This document shows, in pieces, positions 56,290 through 64,000 of a DNA stretch of 64,000 nucleotides. This DNA is from Defluviitaleaceae bacterium (GTDB taxonomy: Bacteria; Bacillota; Clostridia; Lachnospirales; UBA5962). Positions within the stretch are counted from its first letter, which is position 1. Each line of letters opens with the position of its first letter. The notes beneath the pieces were generated by a model. The model ran no database searches, was not told the origin of the DNA, and saw nothing but the letters and a program-made list of their open reading frames with translations. Position numbers and translations under genes: made by a program. The DNA lies in assembly GCA_009778165.1 (NCBI GenBank), contig WRKF01000188.1, forward strand, positions 61 through 64,060, read 5' to 3'.

Positions 56290-58131
56290 ATGGATACAAA
56301 AGATACAAAAAAAGAAGCAAACAAAGAAGCAAACCGACAAATACGCAATTTTTCTATTATAGCTCATATAGACCATGGTAAAAGCACTCTCGCAGACCGC
56401 CTAATAGAAAAAAGCGGCTTGCTAACCCAAAGAGAGATGCAAAGCCAGGTGCTAGATAACATGGATATAGAGCGGGAGCGGGGTATCACAATAAAAGCCC
56501 AAGCTGTACGCCTTATATATAAAGCCCAAGATGGGCAGGAATATATACTTAACCTAATAGATACCCCCGGCCACGTGGACTTCAACTACGAGGTGAGCCG
56601 TAGCCTTGCCGCTTGCGAGGGAGCAATATTGGTGGTAGATGCTGCCCAGGGGATAGAGGCACAAACTCTTGCCAATGTGTATTTGGCTATTGACAACAAT
56701 TTAGAGATACTGCCGGTTATAAACAAAATTGATTTGCCCAGTGCTAACCCCCAAGGGGTTATAGAAGAAATAGAAGATATTATTGGCATCCCTGCACAAG
56801 AGGCTCCCCTTATATCTGCCAAGGCTGATATTAACATAGCACAAGTGTTTGAAGGGGTAATCGCCAACATACCACCGCCAATGGGTAGCACAGCTAATCC
56901 ATTAAAGGCGCTTATTTTCGACTGTTTTTACGACACTTACAAAGGTGTTATTGTTTTTATTAGAATTGTGGATGGAATAATAAAAAAGGGTACAAAAGTT
57001 TTGTTTATGGCAACGAACAAATCTTTTGAGGTACTGGAGGTTGGTTTTTTTGGACCGGGGCGTTTTGTGAACACAGAGGAGCTAAAAGCCGGAGATGTTG
57101 GTTACATAACAGCCAGTATAAAAGATGTGCGTTACACCAAAATTGGAGATACAATAACATATGCGGATATCCCTTGTGCAGATCCATTGCCCGGCTATAA
57201 AACTGTAAACTCCATGGTTTTTTGCGGCGTTTTTCCCGCCGACCGAAACGATTATCAAAATCTGCGAGATGCTTTGGACAAGCTCCACCTAAACGATGCC
57301 GCACTACAGTTTGAGCCGGAAAGCAGTGTAGCCTTGGGTTTTGGGTTTAGATGTGGATTTCTTGGGCTACTCCATTTGGAGATAGTGCAGGAGCGACTGG
57401 AAAGAGAATATAATCTGAACCTTGTTACCACTGCCCCTTCTGTTATATATAATATTTATAAAACAGATGGCACAATGGTTGCCATATCCAACCCGGCGGA
57501 TATGCCCGAAGTTACTCAAATACAAAAAATAGAAGAGCCCATGGTTAGAGCTTTAGTAATGCTGCCACCGGAATATATTGGTTCAGTAATGGAACTTTGT
57601 CAAGAGCGGCGCGGGGAATATGTAAGCATGGAATATACCGGCACAAACCGTGCCACGCTTATATACAATATGCCTCTAAATGAAATTATTTACGATTTTT
57701 TTGATGTATTAAAATCTCGCAGCAAGGGCTATGCATCATTTGATTATGAGCTAACAAACTATCAGGAGTCGGAGCTTGTAAAGTTAGATATTTTGGTAAA
57801 CAAAGAGGTGGTAGATGCGTTAAGTTTTATCGTTCACAAGTCTAGTGCTTATGAGCGAGGGCGAAAAATTTGCGAAAAGCTAAAAAAGGAAATTTCCCGT
57901 CACCAGTTTGAAATACCGATACAAGCAGGGATTGGCGGCAAAATAATTGCCAGGACAACAGTGAGTGCACTGCGAAAGGACGTTCTCTCTAAATGTTATG
58001 GTGGTGATATAACCCGTAAAAAGAAGTTGTTAGAGAAACAAAAAGAAGGGAAAAAACGGATGCGTAACATAGGAAATGTGGAAGTTCCCCAAAGTGCTTT
58101 TATGAGTGTGCTGAAGTTAGAAGAGGAGTAG
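56290..58131 (+). CDS. lepA: Translation elongation factor 4 (LepA)
   Basis: [37 protein letters not shown], and the LepA C-terminal domain. I chose ATG 56290; the ORF track starts at 56251 inside the upstream hairpin. Confidence 0.94.
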   Translation: MDTKDTKKEANKEANRQIRNFSIIAHIDHGKSTLADRLIEKSGLLTQREMQSQVLDNMDIERERGITIKAQAVRLIYKAQDGQEYILNLIDTPGHVDFNYEVSRSLAACEGAILVVDAAQGIEAQTLANVYLAIDNNLEILPVINKIDLPSANPQGVIEEIEDIIGIPAQEAPLISAKADINIAQVFEGVIANIPPPMGSTANPLKALIFDCFYDTYKGVIVFIRIVDGIIKKGTKVLFMATNKSFEVLEVGFFGPGRFVNTEELKAGDVGYITASIKDVRYTKIGDTITYADIPCADPLPGYKTVNSMVFCGVFPADRNDYQNLRDALDKLHLNDAALQFEPESSVALGFGFRCGFLGLLHLEIVQERLEREYNLNLVTTAPSVIYNIYKTDGTMVAISNPADMPEVTQIQKIEEPMVRALVMLPPEYIGSVMELCQERRGEYVSMEYTGTNRATLIYNMPLNEIIYDFFDVLKSRSKGYASFDYELTNYQESELVKLDILVNKEVVDALSFIVHKSSAYERGRKICEKLKKEISRHQFEIPIQAGIGGKIIARTTVSALRKDVLSKCYGGDITRKKKLLEKQKEGKKRMRNIGNVEVPQSAFMSVLKLEEE

Positions 58132-58184
58132 GGAAGCGAGAGAAAATAGGCGTTGTGCCTCTGCATATTCCGAAAATTTACTTC

Positions 58185-58399
58185 GTTCTAATGCGAACTA
58201 TGAAACTCTTTATGTGAGACTCTATAGCTGACTTTAAGGCTGACTCTATGTATGAACAAGAGGTTTTTTGTGTCGAGAATTGTCGAGAATTACAAAAATA
58301 TTATACAACAAACGCTCGGAACAAAAAAATTCTTTACCACCCACACATAGCTTCAGCCATAAATTCTCACATAAAGAGTTTGTAAGTTCGCATTAGAAC
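58185..58399. repeat. Dispersed repeat family X, copy 3: two arms in inverted orientation (MITE-like, ~35-bp near-perfect termini)
   Basis: The left end is GTTCTAATGCGAACTATGAAACTCTTTATGTGAGA. The right end, TCTCACATAAAGAGTTTGTAAGTTCGCATTAGAAC, is its reverse complement with 3 mismatches. Confidence 0.85.
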
Positions 58400-58457
58400 G
58401 CCTCTAATTTTGTTTTGAAACCCGCTCATAGCACCGTTTTCCTCTTTGTTATTCGCT

Positions 58458-59459
58458 TTATTCCGTTAAACCTTTTACCCATTCAAGTGACATTTTCACA
58501 TAACGCGTAACTTGTTCAGGAGTAAAGCCATCGCCTAACATTTCAAGGGCGGTTTCACGAGCCTTTTTTTCTAGTCCTTCTTCTAGTCCCTTTTCTAGTC
58601 CTTTTTCCAGTCCCTTTTCTAGTCCTTCTTCTAGTCCTTTTTCTAGTCCTTTTTCCAGTCCTTCTTCTAGTCCTTTTTCTAGTCCTTCTTCTAGTCCCTT
58701 TTCTTGTGCTTCGTTTCTAAGCCGATCAAACGTACCGTCTTTTTCAAAATGTTCAAAAATAATTTGTCGCACAGCAACACTAGTCATCGCTAAAACCTCC
58801 TCCAAAATTGATTGGTTTGCACCCAATACTCTATCAAGATAAATATTTACTTTTTCCGATATTCCGTATTTCCTGTAAGCCTCAAATACTTCCTGCACAT
58901 CCATCTTTGTTAAACTGCTCCGCAAGTTTTTCAAAAAGACATTTTCCTCTGCGGTCAATCTCTTGCTTTCAATTATCTGTGCTTTGAAAATATCGCCTTT
59001 AACGTAGTATATGCCGTTGCTAACTTCTTCAACCTCAAATCCTCTGTTATTTACAAGATGGCCGAATAATTTCATGGGTTTTGGGGTAACAACAAAGCTG
59101 ATTGTTATATCTTCTATTGGGATTTCCTCAAAAGCAGAGTAAATCATCGCATAACCTATGACCTTATTGTAATCCCAAACAGAAAGGTTGTCTTTTTCGG
59201 ATTTGTACTCAAAGATATTATGATTTTTGAATATCCGCCCTATATTTTTGTCTATCTTAACATCTGCCGTCTTTTTGATTATGAGAACGTCTATTTTGAG
59301 GGCTTCCTTGCTCAATTGGTGTTCATCTTCAAAGGTTAGGACATAATTATAATCATAGAGTTCTAATTGGAGTGCAACGTAAAATGCGTCATGCCAATAT
59401 ATCTTGTCTTGCTTGCCATTCTCTTTACCTATATCTTGTTGATTATTGTCTTTATCCAT
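58458..59459 (-). CDS. Rpn family recombination-promoting nuclease / PD-(D/E)XK 'putative transposase'
   Basis: ALKIDVLIIKK...NIFEYKSEKD (D...E-x-K nuclease core), a C-terminal (E/K)GLE x ~11 repeat, and a terminal helix EMLGDGFTPEQVTRYVKMSLEWV. I chose ATG 59459 behind GAGGG; the ORF track extends to 59651. Confidence 0.7.
   Translation of the reverse strand: MDKDNNQQDIGKENGKQDKIYWHDAFYVALQLELYDYNYVLTFEDEHQLSKEALKIDVLIIKKTADVKIDKNIGRIFKNHNIFEYKSEKDNLSVWDYNKVIGYAMIYSAFEEIPIEDITISFVVTPKPMKLFGHLVNNRGFEVEEVSNGIYYVKGDIFKAQIIESKRLTAEENVFLKNLRSSLTKMDVQEVFEAYRKYGISEKVNIYLDRVLGANQSILEEVLAMTSVAVRQIIFEHFEKDGTFDRLRNEAQEKGLEEGLEKGLEEGLEKGLEKGLEEGLEKGLEKGLEKGLEEGLEKKARETALEMLGDGFTPEQVTRYVKMSLEWVKGLTE
58570..58700 (-). 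repeat. Coding 12-nt tandem repeat (GLEK/GLEE)n within the Rpn-like gene
   Basis: CTAGTCC(T/C)T(T/C)TT(C/T) is reiterated ~11 times and translates to EKGLEEGLEKGLEEGLEKGLEKGLEEGLEKGLEKGLEKGLEEGLEK. Confidence 0.9.
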
Positions 59460-59679
59460 AACGCCCTCACAAATTTTGACATGGAACTTTTTAACTCCTT
59501 CATAATCATTATATGAGATTTTGTTCAAGTTTTCAAGAAAAAGTTTTTTACAGCCACAAACGTTCTTTACTTCTGTGCGCAAAACGTGTATAATATTGTT
59601 ATTAAATAAAAGAATAACCGCTGTTTTGGCGGTTAAAATTAGAAATAACAAATTATGACACTAATGAGGGGGTTTTGTT

Positions 59680-59943
59680 ATGTACCAAAACATCATGTTA
59701 ATTATCGCAACTATTTTAGTTATCGGTGCTATAATCGGCATATTAGCGGTTTATATCTACATTTTTAAACACTATCATTATAGATGTGTGAAATGTTCCG
59801 CATTATACAAACCTGATACTTTATGGCAGTCAATGTGTGGAATCAATGGAGGCAGTCAGAGAAAGTTAAAATGCCCCAATTGTAATACAAGAGAATGGGC
59901 TGATATGATAAAGGGTGCTATTCCTAATTTTGAAAATAATTAA
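59680..59943 (+). CDS. Small membrane protein with a CxxC...CxxC zinc ribbon
   Basis: TM helix IMLIIATILVIGAIIGILAVYIYIF, then CVKC...CPNC. GAGGGGG lies upstream. Confidence 0.55.
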   Translation: MYQNIMLIIATILVIGAIIGILAVYIYIFKHYHYRCVKCSALYKPDTLWQSMCGINGGSQRKLKCPNCNTREWADMIKGAIPNFENN

Positions 59944-60007
59944 CAAATATTAAACCGTACTGTCTTTGGAACAACAGGGGTAGTCTTTACCTGATTGTGG
60001 AGGTTTT

Positions 60008-60673
60008 ATGGAGCCTTTGATGAAAATAAAAATAAAAACGAAAAAAATGATATTGGGTTTTGGTATGGCAATAGCAATCATCCTTTTGAGTGGTTGCACA
60101 AATGGGTTATACTTGGGCTATACTGACTACAATATAGATGGCGTTTACGATGCAACACAGCAAAATGAGGTTGGCAATACGAGTGTTCCTATTTTGTTTA
60201 CGGATACAGAATTTGAGCAAATAACACAGCAAAACAACGAGCATACCACAAGCGAAACCGCAGACGATTCCTTCGATTATGAAAATTTTCTCGAATTGTT
60301 GACAGCAAACGGCTTTTCTTTTGAAGAAGGGCAGATATTTCCTGGTGGTAGCATGACCGCTCCACTATCCGCTATGGCAAAATTCGTTTATGTTGAGGGC
60401 GAAATGCTTCGTGTTGAAATATATGATTCAAACGAAATTATGGAAAAAGCCTCCATTTTAATTCATATAAGCGGTGTAGCCTCTCCTGATTGGCCCAATT
60501 TCCTAACATTTAAAGTAACGTGGATGCCGGAGGCTTCTCCACGTTGGTTCAAAAGAGGTTCGCTGATTATTTTTTACGGCGGCAACGACAGCCGTGTTAT
60601 AGATTTTCTCGTGGAAAATCTCACTTTTTTTGTAGGTTTTGATATAGATTTTTTTGTATATACGGATGAATAA
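60008..60673 (+). CDS. Hypothetical lipoprotein
   Basis: Lipobox ILLSGC after a basic N-terminus; 221 aa. I recognise no family. An alternative start is ATG 60020. Confidence 0.6.
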   Translation: MEPLMKIKIKTKKMILGFGMAIAIILLSGCTNGLYLGYTDYNIDGVYDATQQNEVGNTSVPILFTDTEFEQITQQNNEHTTSETADDSFDYENFLELLTANGFSFEEGQIFPGGSMTAPLSAMAKFVYVEGEMLRVEIYDSNEIMEKASILIHISGVASPDWPNFLTFKVTWMPEASPRWFKRGSLIIFYGGNDSRVIDFLVENLTFFVGFDIDFFVYTDE

Positions 60674-60832
60674 CTGCAACTTGTGAAATAGATTGTTTGT
60701 AGCAGTTCCGTAAGCAGTTCCGTATTTCATGTGATTGGAACATAGCTATATAACAGATAGCAAAAGATAACAAAAACAAAACAATAAGATAATCGCCACA
60801 TTTCATTCATGTTAAATTTCGCACTAATACTA

Positions 60833-60861
60833 TTGCATAAAAATCGCAAATATATTACAAT
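60833..60861 (+). promoter_or_regulatory. Candidate sigma-A promoter for the NSS transporter operon
   Basis: TTGCAT (60833-60838), a 17-nt spacer, then TACAAT (60856-60861). Confidence 0.45.
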
Positions 60862-60959
60862 ATAAATGGACTTTTTTGGAAGTTTGAATTCCGGAAAAGT
60901 TAGAAGTTTATTTTAAATTATTTTTAAATTATTTATTACTTTTTAGGAGGAATATAATT

Positions 60960-62465
60960 ATGCAACAAAAATCCGGTGATAGTTTTTGGTCGAACAGATT
61001 TACCTTTGTGCTTGCGGCTGTTGGTTCTGCCGTTGGGTTGGGGAACATATGGCGCTATCCCGCAACCGTGTTTGACAATGGGGGTGGGGCGTTTTTTATC
61101 CCTTATTTTATTGCTTTTTTTACTGCGGGTTTACCTATCCTTATTTTGGAGTTTACCGTTGGCTCTAAATGGCGAGGTGCCGGTCCGTTAGCATACGCCC
61201 GCATAAACAAAAAATGGGAGTTTTTGGGTTGGATGGGTACCATGGTTGCAGGCATGATAGTGTTTTTCTATGTAGTTATACTTGCCTGGGCTGTAAATTT
61301 CCTTATTTTCTCTATCCAAGGGATGGCTTGGGGTCCTGACCCCGGTGGCTTTTTCTTTGGTGAGTTTTTAGGGGCTACCGGTAACCCTATTGTGCTTGGG
61401 GCAATAAACTGGCCCGTTGTTGCGTCCCTTGTTGTGCTGTGGGGCGGCACATGGCTCGTTTCATCTCGTGATTTAAAAAGTGGGTTGGAGCGGTTTAACG
61501 TTATACTTTTACCTCTTATGTTTATTTTTATGGTCGGCTTGATGATATGGGCTACAACGCTACCGGGTGCTACAGCAGGGCTTAACGCACTGTTCACACC
61601 GGACTTTGCAGTTCTTGCGACCCCCGGTGTTTGGATAGCCGCATACGGGCAAATCTTTTTTAGCCTCAGTGTTTGTATGGGTATAATGATAACGTACGGT
61701 AGTTATCTTAAAAAGAACAGTGAAATAACAAACACTGCCATGACAATAGGTTTTGCTGATATTGGTATAGCAATGGTGGCTGCTACTGCTGTATTTTCTA
61801 TTTTAGGTTACATGGCTACACAACAGGGTGTTGCTGTAGATGATGTTGCTACCGGTGGTGCGGGGCTTGTTTTCACTGTGTTTCCCGTAGCATTTAACCT
61901 TATGGGTGCTGTTGGTCCGTGGTTTGCCACTTTCTTCTTCTTGGTTTTGCTTATTGCCGGCATGACCTCTTTTGTCAGCCTTATAGAGGCTTTTTCGCAG
62001 CCTTTCGTGGAAAAGTTTAATGTTGAGCGTAAAAAAATGTTTACAATAACATGTATAATCGGTTTTTTTGCCAGCTTGCTATACGCTACGGGGGCAGGGG
62101 TTCACCTGCTAACCATCGTAAACTACGTTATAGACTACTTTTTAACGATAGGTGGCTTCTTGCAAGTTATTTGTGTTATTTGGTTATTTAAAAAAGCACC
62201 GGAAATACAGGCTTTTGTTAACAAAAATGCTTACATTAAAATTACCAACTGGTGGCTTATTCCTATAAAATACATTTTCCCCGTTGTGGTGGCTGCTATA
62301 ACTGCCACATGGGTAGTAGACTTTATAGGCGGTGGTGCAGCTGCACATTCCACAGAGGTTCTTATTATTGTACACGGTGGCACAGCCCTTACGATGATAT
62401 TGGGTATGGCAATATTGCCGCGTATAAAATGGCGTAGAAACATAGAAGACTATGAAAAGGAATAA
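60960..62465 (+). CDS. Sodium-dependent transporter, neurotransmitter:sodium symporter (NSS/SNF) family
   Basis: WSNRFTFVLAAVGSAVGLGNIWRYP; 501 aa with ~11-12 TM segments. Confidence 0.9.
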   Translation: MQQKSGDSFWSNRFTFVLAAVGSAVGLGNIWRYPATVFDNGGGAFFIPYFIAFFTAGLPILILEFTVGSKWRGAGPLAYARINKKWEFLGWMGTMVAGMIVFFYVVILAWAVNFLIFSIQGMAWGPDPGGFFFGEFLGATGNPIVLGAINWPVVASLVVLWGGTWLVSSRDLKSGLERFNVILLPLMFIFMVGLMIWATTLPGATAGLNALFTPDFAVLATPGVWIAAYGQIFFSLSVCMGIMITYGSYLKKNSEITNTAMTIGFADIGIAMVAATAVFSILGYMATQQGVAVDDVATGGAGLVFTVFPVAFNLMGAVGPWFATFFFLVLLIAGMTSFVSLIEAFSQPFVEKFNVERKKMFTITCIIGFFASLLYATGAGVHLLTIVNYVIDYFLTIGGFLQVICVIWLFKKAPEIQAFVNKNAYIKITNWWLIPIKYIFPVVVAAITATWVVDFIGGGAAAHSTEVLIIVHGGTALTMILGMAILPRIKWRRNIEDYEKE

Positions 62466-62575
62466 TATTAAGATTGTGAAGGTTCTGCCCCCACACCTCT
62501 GTTGTTTTTAAAAAAAGCAGCAAAAATATAATGGGGTTCGGGGCAGCGCCCAAGGTTTTAAAAAAGGAGGAAATC

Positions 62576-62680
62576 ATGACAGGTACAGCAGTTTTGTTTA
62601 TGATAATAGGTTTTGGTCTGTCATTTGGCGGGTTATGTGTAAACCTTTACATAGACTCTAAAAACAACCCCAAAAAATAA
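62576..62680 (+). CDS. Small (34 aa) single-TM protein, MetS-like NSS transporter small subunit
   Basis: AGGAGG lies 6 nt upstream of the ATG. It translates to MTGTAVLFMIIGFGLSFGGLCVNLYIDSKNNPKK*. It is below the ORF-track length cut-off and sits immediately downstream of the NSS transporter. Confidence 0.6.
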   Translation: MTGTAVLFMIIGFGLSFGGLCVNLYIDSKNNPKK

Positions 62681-62711
62681 AAAAATTGGGTTTCCATCAT
62701 GGAGGGCAGAG

Positions 62712-63584
62712 ATGTTATCTAATTTTAGTGACATTATAAAACTTACTCAAAACAAAAAAAACAAGATAAGCGTGGCAGTGGCACAAGATGCACATGTGTT
62801 GGAAGCTGTCAAAATAGCCAAGGAACAAGGAATAGCCGATTTTGTTTTGGTTGGAGACAAGCAGAAAATAGAAGAACTGACAACAGAAAAGTTTGAGATA
62901 ATACACGAAACCGATGCCGCCGCCGCTTGCAAAATAGCCGTTGATTTAGTAAACCAAGGAGAAACTAAAGCACTAATGAAAGGTTTAGTGGACACATCTG
63001 TTGTAATGAAAGCAGCTTTGAACAAAGAACACGGTATGCGTACGGGAAAAAACCTAAGCCATATTGCTGCGTTTGAAGTGGCTGTCTATCACAAGTTGTT
63101 GTTTGTTGCAGATGCTGCAATTAACATAGCCCCGGACATAAATACAAAAAAGGAAATATTGCAAAATTGCGTAGAGGCTCTTAACAACCTGGGTTTGAGC
63201 AAACCAAAAGTAGCCCTGTTGGCAGCAAAAGAAAAGGTTGACCCCAAAATGCAGGTAACACTGGAATATGAAGAGATAATTAAAGATCACAAAGGCGGCT
63301 TTTTGCAGGAAGCTATAATCGATGGTCCTTTGGCGTTAGACAATGCCGTATCAAAAGAATCTTGTGCTATAAAGGGGATAAACAGCCCTGTTGGCGGTGA
63401 TGCTGATTTGTTGTTTTGCCCGGATATAGAAGCGGGCAATATCCTGTACAAATCTCTTGCCTTTTTGGCCGGGGCAAAAAGCGGAGGTGTTGTGCTTGGG
63501 GCAAAACGCCCAATAATACTTACATCTCGTGCAGATTCTACAGAGAGCAAAACTATTTCCATTGCGTTATCGCTACTCTTTTAG
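62712..63584 (+). CDS. ptb: Phosphate butyryltransferase (phosphate acyltransferase family)
   Basis: 290-aa ORF with ISVAVAQDAHVLEAV, LMKGLVDT, GGDADLLFCPDIEAGNILYK, directly upstream of butyrate kinase. Confidence 0.85.
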   Translation: MLSNFSDIIKLTQNKKNKISVAVAQDAHVLEAVKIAKEQGIADFVLVGDKQKIEELTTEKFEIIHETDAAAACKIAVDLVNQGETKALMKGLVDTSVVMKAALNKEHGMRTGKNLSHIAAFEVAVYHKLLFVADAAINIAPDINTKKEILQNCVEALNNLGLSKPKVALLAAKEKVDPKMQVTLEYEEIIKDHKGGFLQEAIIDGPLALDNAVSKESCAIKGINSPVGGDADLLFCPDIEAGNILYKSLAFLAGAKSGGVVLGAKRPIILTSRADSTESKTISIALSLLF

Positions 63585-63600
63585 TGGGAGAATTTTTAAA

Positions 63601-64000
63601 ATGATAAAAATACTAGTTGTAAACCCGGGATCCACTTCTACAAAAATAGGGTATTTTGAAGGGGAGAACCAAAAATTTGACGAAACACTGAGACATACCA
63701 CAGAGGAGCTTGCCCCATTTGAAAAAATAGCTGATCAGTACAGTTTTAGAATGGGGATAATAGAGGCTTTCTTGAAAAAAAAGGAGATAGACGTGGCAGA
63801 GCTATCTGCTGTTGTGGGTATGGGCGGCCTTATCAAACCCGTGATAGGCGGCACATATGAAGTAAACGACGCAATGGCACGAGATTTGAAAGCCGGGGTT
63901 TCCGGTGAACACGCATCTAACCTTGGAGGGCTTATATCTTATGAGATAGGCAAAAAAATAGGTGTCCCCGCCTATATTGTCGATCCGGTTGTAGTGGACG
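63601..64000 (+). CDS. buk: Butyrate kinase (5' part; runs off the window)
   Basis: MIKILVVNPGSTSTKIGYFEG...VVGMGGLIKPVIGGTYEVNDAM...HASNLGG. Confidence 0.88.
   Translation, partial: MIKILVVNPGSTSTKIGYFEGENQKFDETLRHTTEELAPFEKIADQYSFRMGIIEAFLKKKEIDVAELSAVVGMGGLIKPVIGGTYEVNDAMARDLKAGVSGEHASNLGGLISYEIGKKIGVPAYIVDPVVVD

Noticed and set aside
58570-58700. Regular 12-nt repeats considered as a possible CRISPR-like array
   Set aside because: The units are contiguous with no spacers, only 12 nt long, and in frame within a continuous ORF encoding (E/K)GLE repeats. No CRISPR array or cas gene is visible anywhere in the window.

Overview
This is a 64-kb chromosomal segment from a moderate/low-GC Firmicute, most likely a butyrate-producing member of Clostridia. 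Supporting hallmarks are rplU-prp-rpmA-obg, a split transketolase, ptb-buk, mutS2, a type III glutamine synthetase, and an mreBCD-mrdA-minCDE-rodA-mgsA block. I can support about 55 protein genes, a cluster of nine tRNA genes with no rRNA, a few intrinsic terminators and promoters, and several families of short dispersed intergenic repeats. Most of the window is housekeeping: cell shape and division, translation, amino-acid and nucleoside metabolism. The clear outlier is a tightly packed, AT-richer minus-strand operon at about 3.6-13.9 kb. It encodes a lid-less Hsp70, a second degenerate Hsp70-fold protein, and a dedicated GrpE-like exchange factor. It also encodes an 892-aa all-helical repeat protein, a 396-aa beta-rich protein and a signal-anchored Pro/Ala-linker protein. 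No J-domain partner is present, and the operon is translationally coupled to a TagA-type glycosyltransferase and a YitT membrane protein. I could not match this to any characterised system and regard it as the best candidate for something new. Secondary points are listed below.
- A minimal PilB-PilC-pseudopilin module is fused in one overlapping operon with a CPBP protease and an M48/YgjP metallopeptidase.
- Two Rpn-like PD-(D/E)XK nuclease genes are each followed by the same repeat element.
- REP/MITE-like repeat families share GCTATA(G) ends.
- thrB carries an in-frame tandem duplication.
- There is a probable frameshifted gene.
- A 34-aa MetS-like ORF downstream of an NSS transporter is absent from the ORF track.
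All calls come from reading the translated ORFs and the DNA by eye. No database search was possible.
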